A stretch of DNA of 64,000 nucleotides from Thecamonas trahens ATCC 50062 (GCF_000142905.1 NW_013657669.1:248001-312000), one strand, 5' to 3'. Positions 33,426 through 44,890 are shown, numbered from the stretch's first letter. Numbers and translations: made by a program. Notes: generated by a model from the sequence alone, not told the origin.

Positions 33426-34580
33426 CTACGGGCTTGGCCTGGGCTTTTGGCCCGGGCTGGCACATTTGCGACGGTTGCGGCGCTTGTCAGGGCTCGAAGA
33501 GTGCTGCAAAGGCGAGTTGTGGGAGTTGTGCGATGGCGATGGCGATGGCGATGGCGATGGCGATGGCGACGGCCTGCCCTTCCCCTTTCCTTTTCCCTTT
33601 CCCTTCTGCCGCTGGCTCTTGGGGGTGCGTGGCTTGCGGGTCCGGACTGGCGTTGGCGGAAGCGGCGGGAGCGAGATTGTGTCTGCGGTAGCAGCAAAGG
33701 GTGCGGTGGCGAGGACGGTGCGGACGTCGGGTGGCGGGGCGTCGGCCTGGCTGACGTCGGCGTCGTCGGCTTGGCTGGCGTCGGCATCAAAGGCCGGCAG
33801 CAAAACATCAAGAATGTAGCGGTAGACGGCGTCTATGACGGCATATCCCTCAACACTGTCACCGGTCATGCTTTGAGCGTCAAAGGTGGGGACAACGAGC
33901 GCATTGTGCGGGACTTCACGGACTTTGCGGAACTCGTTGTCGACAACAATGGTGTTGTGCGGGCCAAAACCAGCTGCGCCCGGCCCGTCCTCTTCGCCCC
34001 ACACTGCGCCCAGGTCCCGGATGGTGTCATGCGACTTGGCACCCGTCGGGTCGGGCTTGTTATGATCGCGGTGGAGGACGTAGTCGATGTACAGCTCGCC
34101 AGGCTTCGGCCCGTCCTCGCAGCGATCGGCAGCATCTGCGGCGTCTGCAGCATCGGCAGCGGTACCACTCGCGCTACCGAGCTCATTGATAGCAGACGCA
34201 GCAGTGAGCGGATGAAGGAGTAGCGGGCGGGAGTCTGCCCTTGGAGCAGCGATCCAGTCGGGAGCAGTAGCCTCGATCTCCGACAGGCGCGCACCAGGAG
34301 CAAGTTGGGCAGATCTTGCGACGGCCAGAGTCATCCGAGCAGCATTCCGAAGAAAGGTAGAGGTGTAGATGCCCACAGCAACCCGCGGATGAGCAGCCAG
34401 AGCAGCAAGAACATCAGCCCCACCTGGGCGGACATACACATGCCGCTTGCCCGAGTCCTTGCCAGCCGGACTGTACCGCTCGCCTACCTCCCGCGAGGTC
34501 TTGGACGTGCGGTGGACGAGCGTCCCATTGAGATCAAACAGCACCAGTAGAGCGTGAGCAGGAGGACTGGTAGCAGCCAT
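33426..34580 (-). CDS. FCP1/NIF-like HAD-superfamily phosphatase-domain protein (DLNGT variant)
   Basis: Motifs LLVLFDLNGTLVHR, VYVRPG, VGIYTS, IRDLGAVW, NTIVVDNEFRKV, NALVVPTF. Start set at the ATG at 34580, after the (CA)n tract. Confidence 0.82.
   Translation of the reverse strand: MAATSPPAHALLVLFDLNGTLVHRTSKTSREVGERYSPAGKDSGKRHVYVRPGGADVLAALAAHPRVAVGIYTSTFLRNAARMTLAVARSAQLAPGARLSEIEATAPDWIAAPRADSRPLLLHPLTAASAINELGSASGTAADAADAADAADRCEDGPKPGELYIDYVLHRDHNKPDPTGAKSHDTIRDLGAVWGEEDGPGAAGFGPHNTIVVDNEFRKVREVPHNALVVPTFDAQSMTGDSVEGYAVIDAVYRYILDVLLPAFDADASQADDADVSQADAPPPDVRTVLATAPFAATADTISLPPLPPTPVRTRKPRTPKSQRQKGKGKGKGKGRPSPSPSPSPSPSPSHNSHNSPLQHSSSPDKRRNRRKCASPGQKPRPSP
33531..33602. repeat. (GGCGAT)n and (TTTCCC)n coding repeats (PSPSPS and KGKGKG in the HAD protein tail)
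   Basis: Read directly from the sequence. Confidence 0.8.
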
Positions 34581-34600
34581 TGGAGGGAGGGAGGAGAGCC

Positions 34601-34606
34601 GTGTGC

Positions 34607-34675
<69 letters not shown>
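34601..34675. repeat. (GT)n microsatellite in a divergent promoter
   Basis: Read directly from the sequence. Confidence 0.95.
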
Positions 34676-34677
<2 letters not shown>

Positions 34678-34952
34678 TGGTGTCTGGGCGAGTCGGTCCG
34701 CTGTGTGTGTCCCTCTTCTTCCTTGGCACCTGTCGCAAGTGGGGTGTGGGGGGTGAGGTTGACCACGGCGAGTACGCCACACATACGGGTACGGGTAGGG
34801 GTAAGTTGTGGTGTGTGATGTGTGTGGGGGTGTGGTGGAAGGAGGGGATGGTGTGGTCTCACTCGTGTTGGGCATGGGTGCGGGGCGGTGGTCGGGGTGG
34901 GGCGATGGCCGGGGTGGTGGGGCGGTGGTCGTGGGCGGTGCAGACGCAAGCC

Positions 34953-37900
34953 ATGGCCGATGGAAGCGAGGGCGAGGTGCCGGTCTTTGACGTCGACGTG
35001 TGTGATTGGGTGGCCGAGGAGCCTCTACACAACTTTCCCATGTTCTTCTCAAGGAACAATCTGCCGAATCTATGGCTCAAGACGGCGTCGTCCGACGGCA
35101 AGCCCATCGGGCTGACGGTGGCGAGGCGCACGTTTGCCACGCTCACGGCCGAGATGAGGGCGGCGTTGCCGGAGCATGGCGAGCTGCCGTGGACTGGGCT
35201 CGAGGACTTTGACGCCGAGTGCCACATCGCATGGGTTGCCGCTTTCTGGCGGCAAAGTATCCCAAGCTCGGCAACGATGGGCTGGATCCGGCCGGGCACA
35301 CTGCGTTCCGCCCGCAGTACGAGATGCTGCGTGCGTGGCAGGCGTGCTCGCGGATGGAGCAGTTTGGTGTCCACGACCGCGAGCTCAACATGATCTTCCG
35401 CGTCGATCCCTGGGGCAATGTCGTCTCACCGTTTGCGCTGCCGGGTGCTGCTACTGCCAAGGCGTACGATCACCTGTTCCCCTACGTGCGCGGCGGGCGG
35501 ACCCGCGACGTGCCGGGCTCGTCCACCTCGAACATCATCATGCTGCAGGCCAAGGCAAACGGGTTCAAAAAGGACAAGTTTGAGCAGCTCATCCGCCCGG
35601 CAAGGCTCCGCGTAGGCCTCACTCCCGACATGGTGGCGACCGCGTACGGCTCGATCAACGGCTTTTACGGCACACCTGCCCTTCAGTTCCTCCTCGGCTA
35701 CTGCCCGACGTCGCGGGCCGACATTCCGGGTGCCTCCAGCTTTGTGCAGAACCTCGACGACTGCGTCCGTGCCCTGCTCGCCATGGGCGAGCGCCAACGC
35801 CGCCGGGAGGACGCGTACCGTGAGCGCAAGCTCAGGCAGGCGAGGGACAAGGCCCGCGAGCGGAGCCGCAGCTCTGGACGCAAGCGCAACGCCGTCAAGA
35901 TCAATCCATACACCTTTGCGACTGCCGGAGCCTCTGCCGACAACATAGCCGCTGCACCGGCGCAAGCCATCGGAGCGCCGGTCTCGGCCTTTGAGCTATT
36001 TTGTCGCTCCGAGTGGGCGCGGATCAAGACCACGCTTGCCAACGACGCACCGTTTGTCGACATCCAGACTGCGCTTGTCGACGAGTGGGCCGAGCTCCCA
36101 CCGGACGAGCAAGCTGAGTTTCACGCCGCCGCCGCCGCCACGCGCACCGCCTTTGCGGCGGCGGCGACTTCCAGCGGCGGCGACGGCACCACCATTGAGG
36201 CCAACGATGTCGACGACGACGGGCCAGCAATGCGAGGCATCACCGTGGTCGAGCTCCGCGAAGCCATCGAGCTCGCCGGCGGCTCGTGGAAAAGCTCACA
36301 CAACAAGGCCAAGCTGGCCGAGGCCCTCATCGACCTCCTACCCAAGCTTAAGAAGAGCCAGCTCAAGAGCCTCGCTGCCGACCATGGCATCATCGCTACG
36401 GGCAAGGTGGCCCAACTCACCGAACGCCTGGTTCGTTTTCTGGAGGGCTACCTCGTCGGCGAGGCCGGCCACGCGACCGAGGCCGACGACGCCGCCCACG
36501 CTGCGCAGGTCTCCGGCGCTCCGGTTGCAGGCGTCCTCGAGGCCACTTTTACCTCCAAGCAGCTCAAGACTGGTCTCGCTGCGCTCGGCGAGCGGACGTC
36601 GGGATCCAAGGCTGCGCGAGCGCTGCGGCTGGCCGAGGCGGTCGACTCGGAAGTCTTTGCCAGCTTGGAAGCGCTAGTGGCCGCCCCGAGCCCGGTGGCG
36701 GTGGTCGAGGTGATCGGCGCTACGTGCGGCGTTGACGTTGACGCCTTCAAGGCCAAGGCCGAGGCGGCAGCAGCGGCGGATGGAGTCGAGAGCGGGCCGA
36801 CCAAGGCCACCAGTGCCGAGCTCAAGGCGGCGCTCGCAGAGCTCGGGCTCTCCACGTCCGGCCGCAAGTCGGAGCTGGCTGAGCGACTGGCCTTGGAGGC
36901 CGACCAGCTCTCGGCACCGCAGTTGAGGGCATTCTGCAAGGCGCACGCCATTACTGCAAAGGACGCCCGGAGCAAAGCCGCCCTCGTCCACAGCCTCGTC
37001 GACTACCTGGCGCAATTTACCCAGGTCGATCTGGAGGAGGCGCGCTCGCAGCGGTCCGGCTCGGACGAGGGGCGAAGCAGCAGCGTTGGCGGGCGGGTCT
37101 CGTGCCGCCTTCTGAAGCGCGCGCTCGAAAAGGCCGACGCTAGCTGCAGCGGGCGAAAGAGCGAGCTTGCTGCTCGGCTGCACGTGGTGGCCGGCGCCGG
37201 GCGCCGGATGAAGGTCGAGGATCTGACGGCTGTGCTGGAGAGCGCGGGTGCGAGCGTGTTTCCGGCATCGGCGCGCAAGGCCGATTTGGTGGCACAGGTC
37301 CAGAAGCTGATGATGTCGTACACCGACGCCGAGACTGTGGCGCGTGAGACTGCGCTGCTGGAGGCCGACGACAGCGGATCCCAGGCTGGAAGCTCGAGCA
37401 GCGGCGACGACGATGCGCCGGCTCCGCTGGCGGTGAGCTCAGAGACACTCGCCACGCTGCTCAAGGCCATGGGCATACCGAGCTCAGGCTCCAAAGCCCA
37501 ACGGGCGGGGCGGCTGTTTGCTATCCTGCCGTGCAGCAAAGGCGCGGCGCCGACCGGTGCCGAGGTGTCGTGGACCAAGGACCAGCTCCGCCGAGCGTGC
37601 GACGCGCTGGGCGCAGGAACGAGAAAGAATGCAGCCGCACGCTCGCTGGCCGACGTTGCCAAGGCGGCGCTCATTGGACACACCCTGCCGCAGACCATCG
37701 ACGACGAGGTGGCGCGGCTGGTGAGGCGCGCCGGTGGCGACGCTCGCGCCAGTGCCAGCGACAGCGCCGGAAGCACCGTCAAGGACGGCCTCTCACACGA
37801 AGCCTGCGTCGAGAAGCTGACGGCGTGGGGTGAGGACACGCGTGGGAGTCTAGACGAGCTCCGCACGCGGGTGGCAGCATGCTCTGCGCAGCCGCCGCTC

Positions 37901-38158
37901 GCCGGTAAGATCATCGCCAAGCTCCTCCGCGAGATGGTGGCGGCGTGCGAGCTCCCGGCAGGCGACGTCGACCGGCGGAGCAAAAAGGCGATGGCAGGCG
38001 CGCTAGCCAATGCCGAGCTCCTTGCCCGCTTGCCGATCGGCAAGCTGCGTGAGTTTTGCCGCCGTGGCGGCGTGACCATTACAGGCTCCAAGCGGAGCAA
38101 GGCAAGCGTGGTGGCGTCGCTGGAGGAGGCCCTCAGTACCGTGGCGAGCGGCGAGTAG
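34953..38158 (+). CDS. HNH endonuclease + HMG-box-like + multiple SAP/HeH domain protein; apparent single-base frameshift at ~35244
   Basis: HNH motif RVDPWGNVV..YDHLFPYVRGG..NIIMLQAKANGFKKDK. HMG-like PVSAFELFCRSEW..EWAELPPDEQAEF. About 12 SAP-like repeats, e.g. SAELKAALAELGLSTSGRKSELAERL. The ATG at 34953 joins ORF 35219 if one T is added at 35243-35245. Confidence 0.82.
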
Positions 38159-38170
38159 GCTGATGTGCAG

Positions 38171-39286
38171 CTAAATCCGCTCGCAAACAAAGAGCGCGTT
38201 GTAGAGGACAAAAAAGGCGTGGCGGGTGTTTCCCGGCGAGATGTAGGGGACGCGCGACCAGGAGAGGACGCGGAGGCCCGCGGGATGGAGAAAGGTGGCG
38301 GTGAACCAGACAACCCAGGCCTCGAACGGTGCGTCATCGCCCAGAGGCGCCTGCACAAACTGTGATGGGCGCTCCCAGCGCGAGCCAACCTCGACCGACG
38401 GGTGGTACGGGAGGACGATGGAGAGGATGAGCCGCCCGCTCTCGGGCTCGACCAGCGCGACCATGTCGTCGAGCAGCGTCTGCGGTGTGTCGCAACGATC
38501 GAGGACGTTGAAGCACGAGACAACGTCAAAGTGCAGTGGCTCACCTCGCCGCGGGGCGGCGGCGCCGGCCGACACGAGCGCCTCGGCAAGACCGGCCTCC
38601 TCAAGGACGCCCGAGGTGACGGCGGCAAAGCCGCGCGAGCGCAGGCACCACACATTGACAATGGCCGTCTCGGTAGCCACGACCGTGTCGACAAACGGAG
38701 CCAGCTGCTCGGTGACCGATCCGGTCCCTGCGCCGACGTCGAGCAGAGTCCCGGCATGAAAGCCGGCGGCGGCCGACGGCCCCCCGGCGGCGTCGTCGTC
38801 AAAGGCTGGGCGCGGGAGGGTGGCGAGATGGTCCCAGCCGAGCGCTTGCTTGCGGATCGGGCGGTGGGCGAGGGCAGGCAGGGAGCCGTGCGGGCGCGCG
38901 GCGGCGTTGGCTTCTGCAGCGGCAAGCAGGCGAGCCATCTGCGATGCAGAGAAGACCCACATGTCGCACTTGCCAAGCAAGGCCGACGCGTTGGTCGCCG
39001 ACATGCAGCATGTGAGGACCGAGTGGGCAATGTCCTTGACGGCGTAGCCCAGCCGCGACGACATGCATCCACGGACGTAGGTTTCTGTGGCATCATCGAC
39101 GCCCAGCACGACAAGGGTCTCGACCAGACCCTGCGCCACATCGCCGGCCACCCCGGCCACGCCTTCGGTCGCATATCCGCCCAGCACCGCCACCGAGACC
39201 GCGTAGTAGCCGTCGAGGCCGAGTTCAGCCCGGCTCAGCCCCGCCGCCCGGCTCTCGGCCACCACCGACCGGAGTAGTGACCGCAT
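38171..39286 (-). CDS. METTL9: METTL9/DREV protein-histidine methyltransferase
   Basis: Motifs LLGKCDMWVFS, SAM-binding LLDVGAGTGSVT, FDVVSCFNVLDRCDTP, IVLPYHPSVE and VPYISPGN..FFVLYNALFV match the DREV family. Confidence 0.88.
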   Translation of the reverse strand: MRSLLRSVVAESRAAGLSRAELGLDGYYAVSVAVLGGYATEGVAGVAGDVAQGLVETLVVLGVDDATETYVRGCMSSRLGYAVKDIAHSVLTCCMSATNASALLGKCDMWVFSASQMARLLAAAEANAAARPHGSLPALAHRPIRKQALGWDHLATLPRPAFDDDAAGGPSAAAGFHAGTLLDVGAGTGSVTEQLAPFVDTVVATETAIVNVWCLRSRGFAAVTSGVLEEAGLAEALVSAGAAAPRRGEPLHFDVVSCFNVLDRCDTPQTLLDDMVALVEPESGRLILSIVLPYHPSVEVGSRWERPSQFVQAPLGDDAPFEAWVVWFTATFLHPAGLRVLSWSRVPYISPGNTRHAFFVLYNALFVCERI

Positions 39287-39319
39287 GGAGTGGGGGTGCG
39301 GTGGAGGAGGGTGTGGGAG

Positions 39320-39378
39320 TGGTGGTGGCGGCGGTGGCGGTGGTGGTGGTGGTGGCGGTGGCGGTGGTGGTGGTGGTG
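39320..39378. repeat. (GGT/GGC)n trinucleotide repeat in the METTL9/hydrolase divergent promoter
   Basis: Read directly from the sequence. Confidence 0.85.
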
Positions 39379-39512
39379 ATCACACTTGCGCGAGGCATGG
39401 ACTTTGACGACCTTTTCCTGCTGTGGCTGGTGATCGAGGCCTCGAGCCCCCCTACCCTGGCCCCCTCGCCCATCCTCATCCAGACAGCTACTTTTCTCCC
39501 TTCGTCTTCACC

Positions 39513-40457
39513 ATGGGGTTGGTCTGGAAGAGTCTGGCTTGCGCAGCATGTGCACCTGTGGTGGTTGTGGTGTTGCTGGCGCTGGCGCTGTGTATGCCCA
39601 ACCCGGGCAAGGTCCTCCTGGCGCCGGCCCGCCACACGCCGGCCTCGCTGTGGGGCGCCGAGTACGCGCCGGTGGTGCTGGATGCTGCGGACATGCCGGC
39701 GGGCGCGCTGTCTGACGGTGGGCGGCGGGCACCGGTGACGCACGGGTGGTGGGTCCCGGGCGGGCCGACGGTCGTCCTCGCGCTGCACGGGCGGTCGCGG
39801 TCGAAGGAGTGGACGCTGCCTGCTCTGAGCGGCGTGGCGGGCAACTACTCGCTGCTGGTCTTTGACTTTCCGGGTCATGGCGCGGCAGGCTTTGGGCTGA
39901 CCACGGTGGGCCTGCGTGAAGCCGACGTTGTCGATCTGGCGCTCGACTGGCTGGCGTGGGCGCATCCGGACGCGGCCGTGGTGGTCTACGGGTGCTCGAT
40001 GGGCGGGGCGGCCGGGGCCATTGCACTCGGCCGGACGCCGCGCGACGGGCATGTGCTCTCGCTCATCACCGACGGGGCCTTTGCGCGGCTCGCCGACGTG
40101 CCGCGCAACCTTGGGTCGCGGTTCGGGGTTCCTGTCCCAGATGCGCTGCTGGCTGCGGTCGACGCTGTCCTCGCGCTGCCGATGCTCTGGGACGGCGTCT
40201 CAATGTTTGATGTCGAACCGCTGGCGTATGTGACGGACCTCTCGGTTCCGGCTATCTTTATCCACGGCGAGGACGACTTGCTTGTTCCTCCGTCGTCGGC
40301 CGAGGAGCTGGCGGCGGCGGCGCCGCACGGAAAGTCATATCTCTACAGCGGCGGGCACGACGAGCCAACCAACGCCGAGGTGGTCAAGGCAGTGCGGACG
40401 TTTGCGGACATGTCGCAGTTGCTAGCGGCGATGGCCAAGAAGGCACGGCTGTCGTAG
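39513..40457 (+). CDS. Alpha/beta-fold serine hydrolase with an N-terminal membrane anchor
   Basis: VLALHG oxyanion region, FDFPGHG, nucleophile GCSMG, FIHGEDD (Asp) and GGHDE (His). Confidence 0.9.
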   Translation: MGLVWKSLACAACAPVVVVVLLALALCMPNPGKVLLAPARHTPASLWGAEYAPVVLDAADMPAGALSDGGRRAPVTHGWWVPGGPTVVLALHGRSRSKEWTLPALSGVAGNYSLLVFDFPGHGAAGFGLTTVGLREADVVDLALDWLAWAHPDAAVVVYGCSMGGAAGAIALGRTPRDGHVLSLITDGAFARLADVPRNLGSRFGVPVPDALLAAVDAVLALPMLWDGVSMFDVEPLAYVTDLSVPAIFIHGEDDLLVPPSSAEELAAAAPHGKSYLYSGGHDEPTNAEVVKAVRTFADMSQLLAAMAKKARLS

Positions 40458-40476
40458 CAGCAGCACGCGGTTGTGG

Positions 40477-43400
40477 CTACATGTTGTCCGGATCCGGGTT
40501 GACGGCGGCGACGAGAGTGGTTGACGACGAGAGCGACGACATGTGGGCGCGGTGTGCGGTGTGGCGCGAGACGGAGAGGATGGAGCCGTAGGCCTCGTAG
40601 CCGCCGTCGCAGGCAGCCATGTCGGCGAGGTCGGTCGTGGATGGGCCATCGGCGAGCGGGCAGAGCTCGTGGATGTCCGTCGTGTCGTCATCCTCGTTCC
40701 ACACGGGGCAAACACGCCGACAGCGTCCGAAGCGTTGGTAAACGGATGGCGGATGGTGAGAAGGTGCGACTCGACGGCGGCGCCTGAAACGGCTGAGAGA
40801 ATGGCGGCAAAGGTCGAGTAGTAGACAATGAGGAAGGGGCCGAGAACAGCGAAGCCGAGCGGTGCGGCCTTCCAGCGGAAGACCGACTCGGGGCGGACGG
40901 CACCGGTGCGGTCGAGGAGAATGCCGCAAGTGTCATAGCAGAGGAGCAGGCCGCGCGGGCGGGAGAAGGCGCGGACGCAAGTGTCACTCGGCTCGCCGGT
41001 GTGCAGAACGGTGGGTGCAAAGTCGGGGTAGGCGAAAAAGTGAAAGGCGGCCGAGTCGGCCGACGAGGCACCGACGACGATGCCGCGTGCGACGGCGGTG
41101 ATCGAGTTGACCTTTGCCGGTAGATGCAGGGTCTCGAGTTTGGTGAACCGGCCGGGCGTGTCCTCGATGCGGTAGACGTCGATGGCTTCGTCGATGGCGA
41201 TTGAGATGTACGCGTCCGAGCCGACGCGGCCGGTGGTGAAGAGAACCGGCTGGTAGGCCGGAATCATCGAAGTCGACGGCTTGGTCCCGGCCATCAGCGC
41301 CGAGAGGGTAAAAGCGAGCATGCGCTCGGGCTCGGCGGTGAGGACAAAGAGGTAGTCGTTCTCAGCATCGACGCCGATCTGGACCACGCCCTCGAGTGAG
41401 AGGATCTTGACGCAGTCGGCCGAACCGATGACGGTCTTGTACAGGCCTCCCTTGGCCCCAAAGAACAGAGCGTCCTCGTGCTGCTCCATGGCGGCGACCT
41501 TGCCGGGCACGCCCTCGAGGAGCGGGGTGAACTGCAGGACTTGCGGCGGGACAAACTCAAGGTCGGCCATGGTCGTCGAGCCGACACCGCCCGGACCGTC
41601 GGCTGAAGAGCCGGCACCGGGCGCCTCGCCGGCAAGGGTGGTGTCTTTGCGGCCGGCGGGCGAAAAATCATCGTACAGCATGTCGAGGTACTGCTGGCGA
41701 GTCCGGCGCTCGCGGACGACAAACTCGGGCGAGGCCTTGGTGGCCAGCTCGCCGTTGATGCACTTGGCAAGGAGAAAGTCCTTGAAGCGCGCGTCCTTGG
41801 GGTAGTAGGCCACCGAGTCGGGGCCAAAGTCGCGGACGTCGCGGGCGTACGCGGTCGAGACTCGGTACTGGCCCGGGTCAGCCGGGTCAGGCTGGACCAC
41901 GATGAGCACACGGGTGTACTGCGACTTCATGGTGTCGACCGAGTAAATGGTGTCGCCGTCGACAAAGACGACCACCACAATGTCGTTGCCGATGAACCGC
42001 TTGCGCTGAACCCGCTGCGGATCGGTCTCGTCATATTGCAGCAGCGTCGAGACGTGGTACATGACCTTGTACCCGCGAAAGTCCGGCTCGTACACCGAGT
42101 ACAGGCCCGAGCCGTCGTTCGACGTGTCGAGCTGCGCCGAGTAGCCCTCAAACCCCTTGAGTCGCACCCGCTCGCCGATGAGGTCAAGGAACTCTTCAAA
42201 CGCCGGCGAGCCGTCAATGTTGGAGAACATCTCGTCGTCGTTGGTCTGGCCTTGCCGCGCAAAGAGGACCCCAATCTTGATCTTGTCGTCAGGCTCGGGG
42301 TCTTCGATCCGCGAGAGCGCCGCCACCACCTTGGGCTGGTGCGAGACGCGGACAAACTGTTTGGCGTGCTTGGCCAGCGCGCCGTCGCCGATGCGGGCGA
42401 GCAGTTGCGAGAGGCTAAGCATGGTCTCGGACTCGTCCTCCAACATGTACTGCACCACCTCGGCGGTCGAGAAGACCTCGACCCAGTACTGGAGCCCGAT
42501 GTGCGGCGCGGCCGAGACGAGGACTGCCACCGCCACCGCGCCGCGCATGGTCGGCACCTTGGCCACAAACACGTCGTGCGGATGGCTCGCAAAGAACCGC
42601 TTGTACCAATCGCGCTCGCCGCGCGGCTCCTCCAGGTACTGAGTGAAGAGCGCATTCGGGACCAGCGCCGACGCCACAGGCTCGTCGACTATCATCTCGT
42701 CGAGCGGGTCTACCACCTGCGGCAGCGAGTTGAGAAATGTCGGCGGCGGAAAGGTGTACGCGACGTCGACATGCCGGCGCCGGCGCCGCGACGCAGACTT
42801 GACCGCCGCCTCTTCGGGCGAGAGCGGCTCGTACTTGACCATGACCTCGACGTCACCCGAGACCTTTTCCGACTTGCGCGGCACCAGATGCAGCCACATC
42901 CGCATGTACTTGCCCAACTCGGGGCAGGCCGAGAGCGAGAGCTTTGACTCGCCCATAAAGTCGTCCGACCCGATTTTGTCCCAGTCCCACACTTCGAGAT
43001 GGAAGACGGCCTGGTTGGAGTGGACCGGGCAGGAGAACAACTCGTTCCACCGCGGGTTGAGCTCTTTCTTCACCACCGAGGTGCGGAACTCGGAGCCATC
43101 CACCTTGACCACTACATACGGATCCGACGTTCCGCGCTTGTCCTTTGCCGCCAGATCCCGTCCACGAATGACTGTCATCCATCAACATAGCCATCCCGCA
43201 GTGAGTAACAGCGGTGGTGGTTGGGCACCTGCAAAAAATCGTACGTTCGTTGGCTGCCCTGTGGGGGGACGGGGGGGGGGGGGGGGGGGGGGGAAGAGAG
43301 GAGGGGGTAAGNNNNNNNNNNNNNNNNNNNNNNNNNNNNNNNNNNNNNNNNNNNNNNNNNNNNNNNNNNNNNNNNNNNNNNNNNNNNNNNNNNNNNNNNN

Positions 43401-43987
43401 NNNNNNNNNNNNNNNNNNNNNNNNNNNNNNNNNNNNNNNNNNNNNNNNNNNNNNNNNNNNNNNNNNNNNNNNNNNNNNNNNNNNNNNNNNNNNNNNNNNN
43501 NNNNNNNNNNNNNNNNNNNNNNNNNNNNNNNNNNNNNNNNNNNNNNNNNNNNNNNNNNNNNNNNNNNNNNNNNNNNNNNNNNNNNNNNNNNNNNNNNNNN
43601 NNNNNNNNNNNNNNNNNNNNNNNNNNNNNNNNNNNNNNNNNNNNNNNNNNNNNNNNNNNNNNNNNNNNNNNNNNNNNNNNNNNNNNNNNNNNNNNNNNNN
43701 NNNNNNNNNNNNNNNNNNNNNNNNNNNNNNNNNNNNNNNNNNNNNNNNNNNNNNNNNNNNNNNNNNNNNNNNNNNNNNNNNNNNNNNNNNNNNNNNNNNN
43801 NNNNNNNNNNNNNNNNNNNNNNNNNNNNNNNNNNNNNNNNNNNNNNNNNNNNNNNNNNNNNNNNNNNNNNNNNNNNNNCTCCGGGGGGGGGGGGGGGGGG
43901 GGGAGAGAGAGACAGGGGGGTGGGGGTGGGGGGGGGCGTACCATTGACGGTAAAGGTGCCCACCACAGGTCGCGGGTCGGCAGCCAT
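40477..43987 (-). CDS. C2 + RapGAP + CNH-like protein (GARNL3-like); exon 1 43942..43987, exon 2 from 43171; apparent frameshift at ~40706
   Basis: C2 motifs DKRGTSDPYV, LNPRWNE, VWDWDKIGSDDFMG. RapGAP motifs KIGVLFARQGQ, MYHVSTLL, RKRFIGNDIV with the catalytic Asn. CNH-like C-terminus FRWKAAP. A phase-1 intron across the gap gives MAADPRPVVGTFTVNVIRGRDL. The real C-terminus is probably in frame 40477..40705. Confidence 0.88.
43312..43878. other. Assembly gap (N run) inside the predicted intron of the RapGAP gene
   Basis: Run of N. Confidence 1.
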
Positions 43988-44158
43988 GGTGGTGGTGTTG
44001 GCCGAGTGTCCGAGTGTGGTGTGGCTGGCTCTGGTGCTGGTCGCTGGTGGGGAGACGGGGGAGGGGAGACGGGGGAGGGGGGTGACGTTTGCTGGCGATT
44101 GGGCGAGGGGTGAGGTGCAGAGGGAGGGATGGATGTTGTTGGAGATTGCTGTATCGGA

Positions 44159-44890
44159 TCAGGGATCGGAGTACTGGCATGCGCCATAGGATAGGAGAGG
44201 AGGAGGGGAGGGGAGGGAGGGGAAGTGTGGGGGGAGGGGGATGCGTCGAATGGTGGCTTTGTCAGCGCCACTCGAAGAGGACGGACGACGGCGGGTAAGA
44301 TGGTCATGTGGTGGAGATGCGCGAATCGAGAAGGGTCGAGTTTGCGGCCGAGTCGGGGCCGCCGGTGGGCGGCCGATGCGGGACGGTGGCCAGACAATGA
44401 GCTCGACGCGTCCAGTGACAAGACCGAGCGGAACAGGGCCAAACATGTTCGAGTCCTGCGAGGCGAGCGGATTGTCGCCCTCGAGCCAGCAGTGGCCCTT
44501 GGGAACACGGACGTATCGACGCTTGTACGATCGGGTAGCGACGACGTCGCCAGGAAGTGCCACCACCCGCTTGACGAGCTCGACGTGTGGGTTGTCGGGC
44601 GAGATGAGAGTGACGACATCGCCGCGCCCGAGTGAGCCGTGCTTGGCAGCAAAGACATTGAGGAGCACAACATCGTTGCTAGGCACCGGCGCTGAGCTGC
44701 TGGTGGCCGGCTCCAGCTGCGCCACGCCAGGCAGCGGCGGCTTCTGGACGGTGCCGGCTTGGGGGTTGAGCGTAGGGCTCATTGACGCGCCGACCACCGT
44801 CGCAGCCTTGGCGCCGTTGCTGTGGACGAGGACAAGGGCAGGGACAACAACAGCAACTGTTTTGACGATGTCTGTCAGCATGGTCCGCAT
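44159..44890 (-). CDS. IMMP2L: Mitochondrial inner membrane peptidase subunit 2 (S26 peptidase)
   Basis: GASMSPTLNP (catalytic Ser), RGDVVTLISP, LVKRVVALPGD (catalytic Lys), VPKGHCWLEGDN, DSNMFGPVPLGL, IVWPPSR. Confidence 0.88.
   Translation of the reverse strand: MRTMLTDIVKTVAVVVPALVLVHSNGAKAATVVGASMSPTLNPQAGTVQKPPLPGVAQLEPATSSSAPVPSNDVVLLNVFAAKHGSLGRGDVVTLISPDNPHVELVKRVVALPGDVVATRSYKRRYVRVPKGHCWLEGDNPLASQDSNMFGPVPLGLVTGRVELIVWPPSRIGRPPAAPTRPQTRPFSIRASPPHDHLTRRRPSSSSGADKATIRRIPLPPHFPSLPSPPPLLSYGACQYSDP

Noticed and set aside
34581-34949. N-terminal extension of the HAD ORF including MCGVLAV (Ntn-amidotransferase-like start)
   Set aside because: It runs through a (CA)n microsatellite in a divergent promoter and no amidotransferase domain follows.
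39300-39380. (CAC)n repeat upstream of METTL9 could encode a His-x-His substrate uORF
   Set aside because: The His frame has no ATG after its upstream TGA. It is a simple promoter microsatellite.
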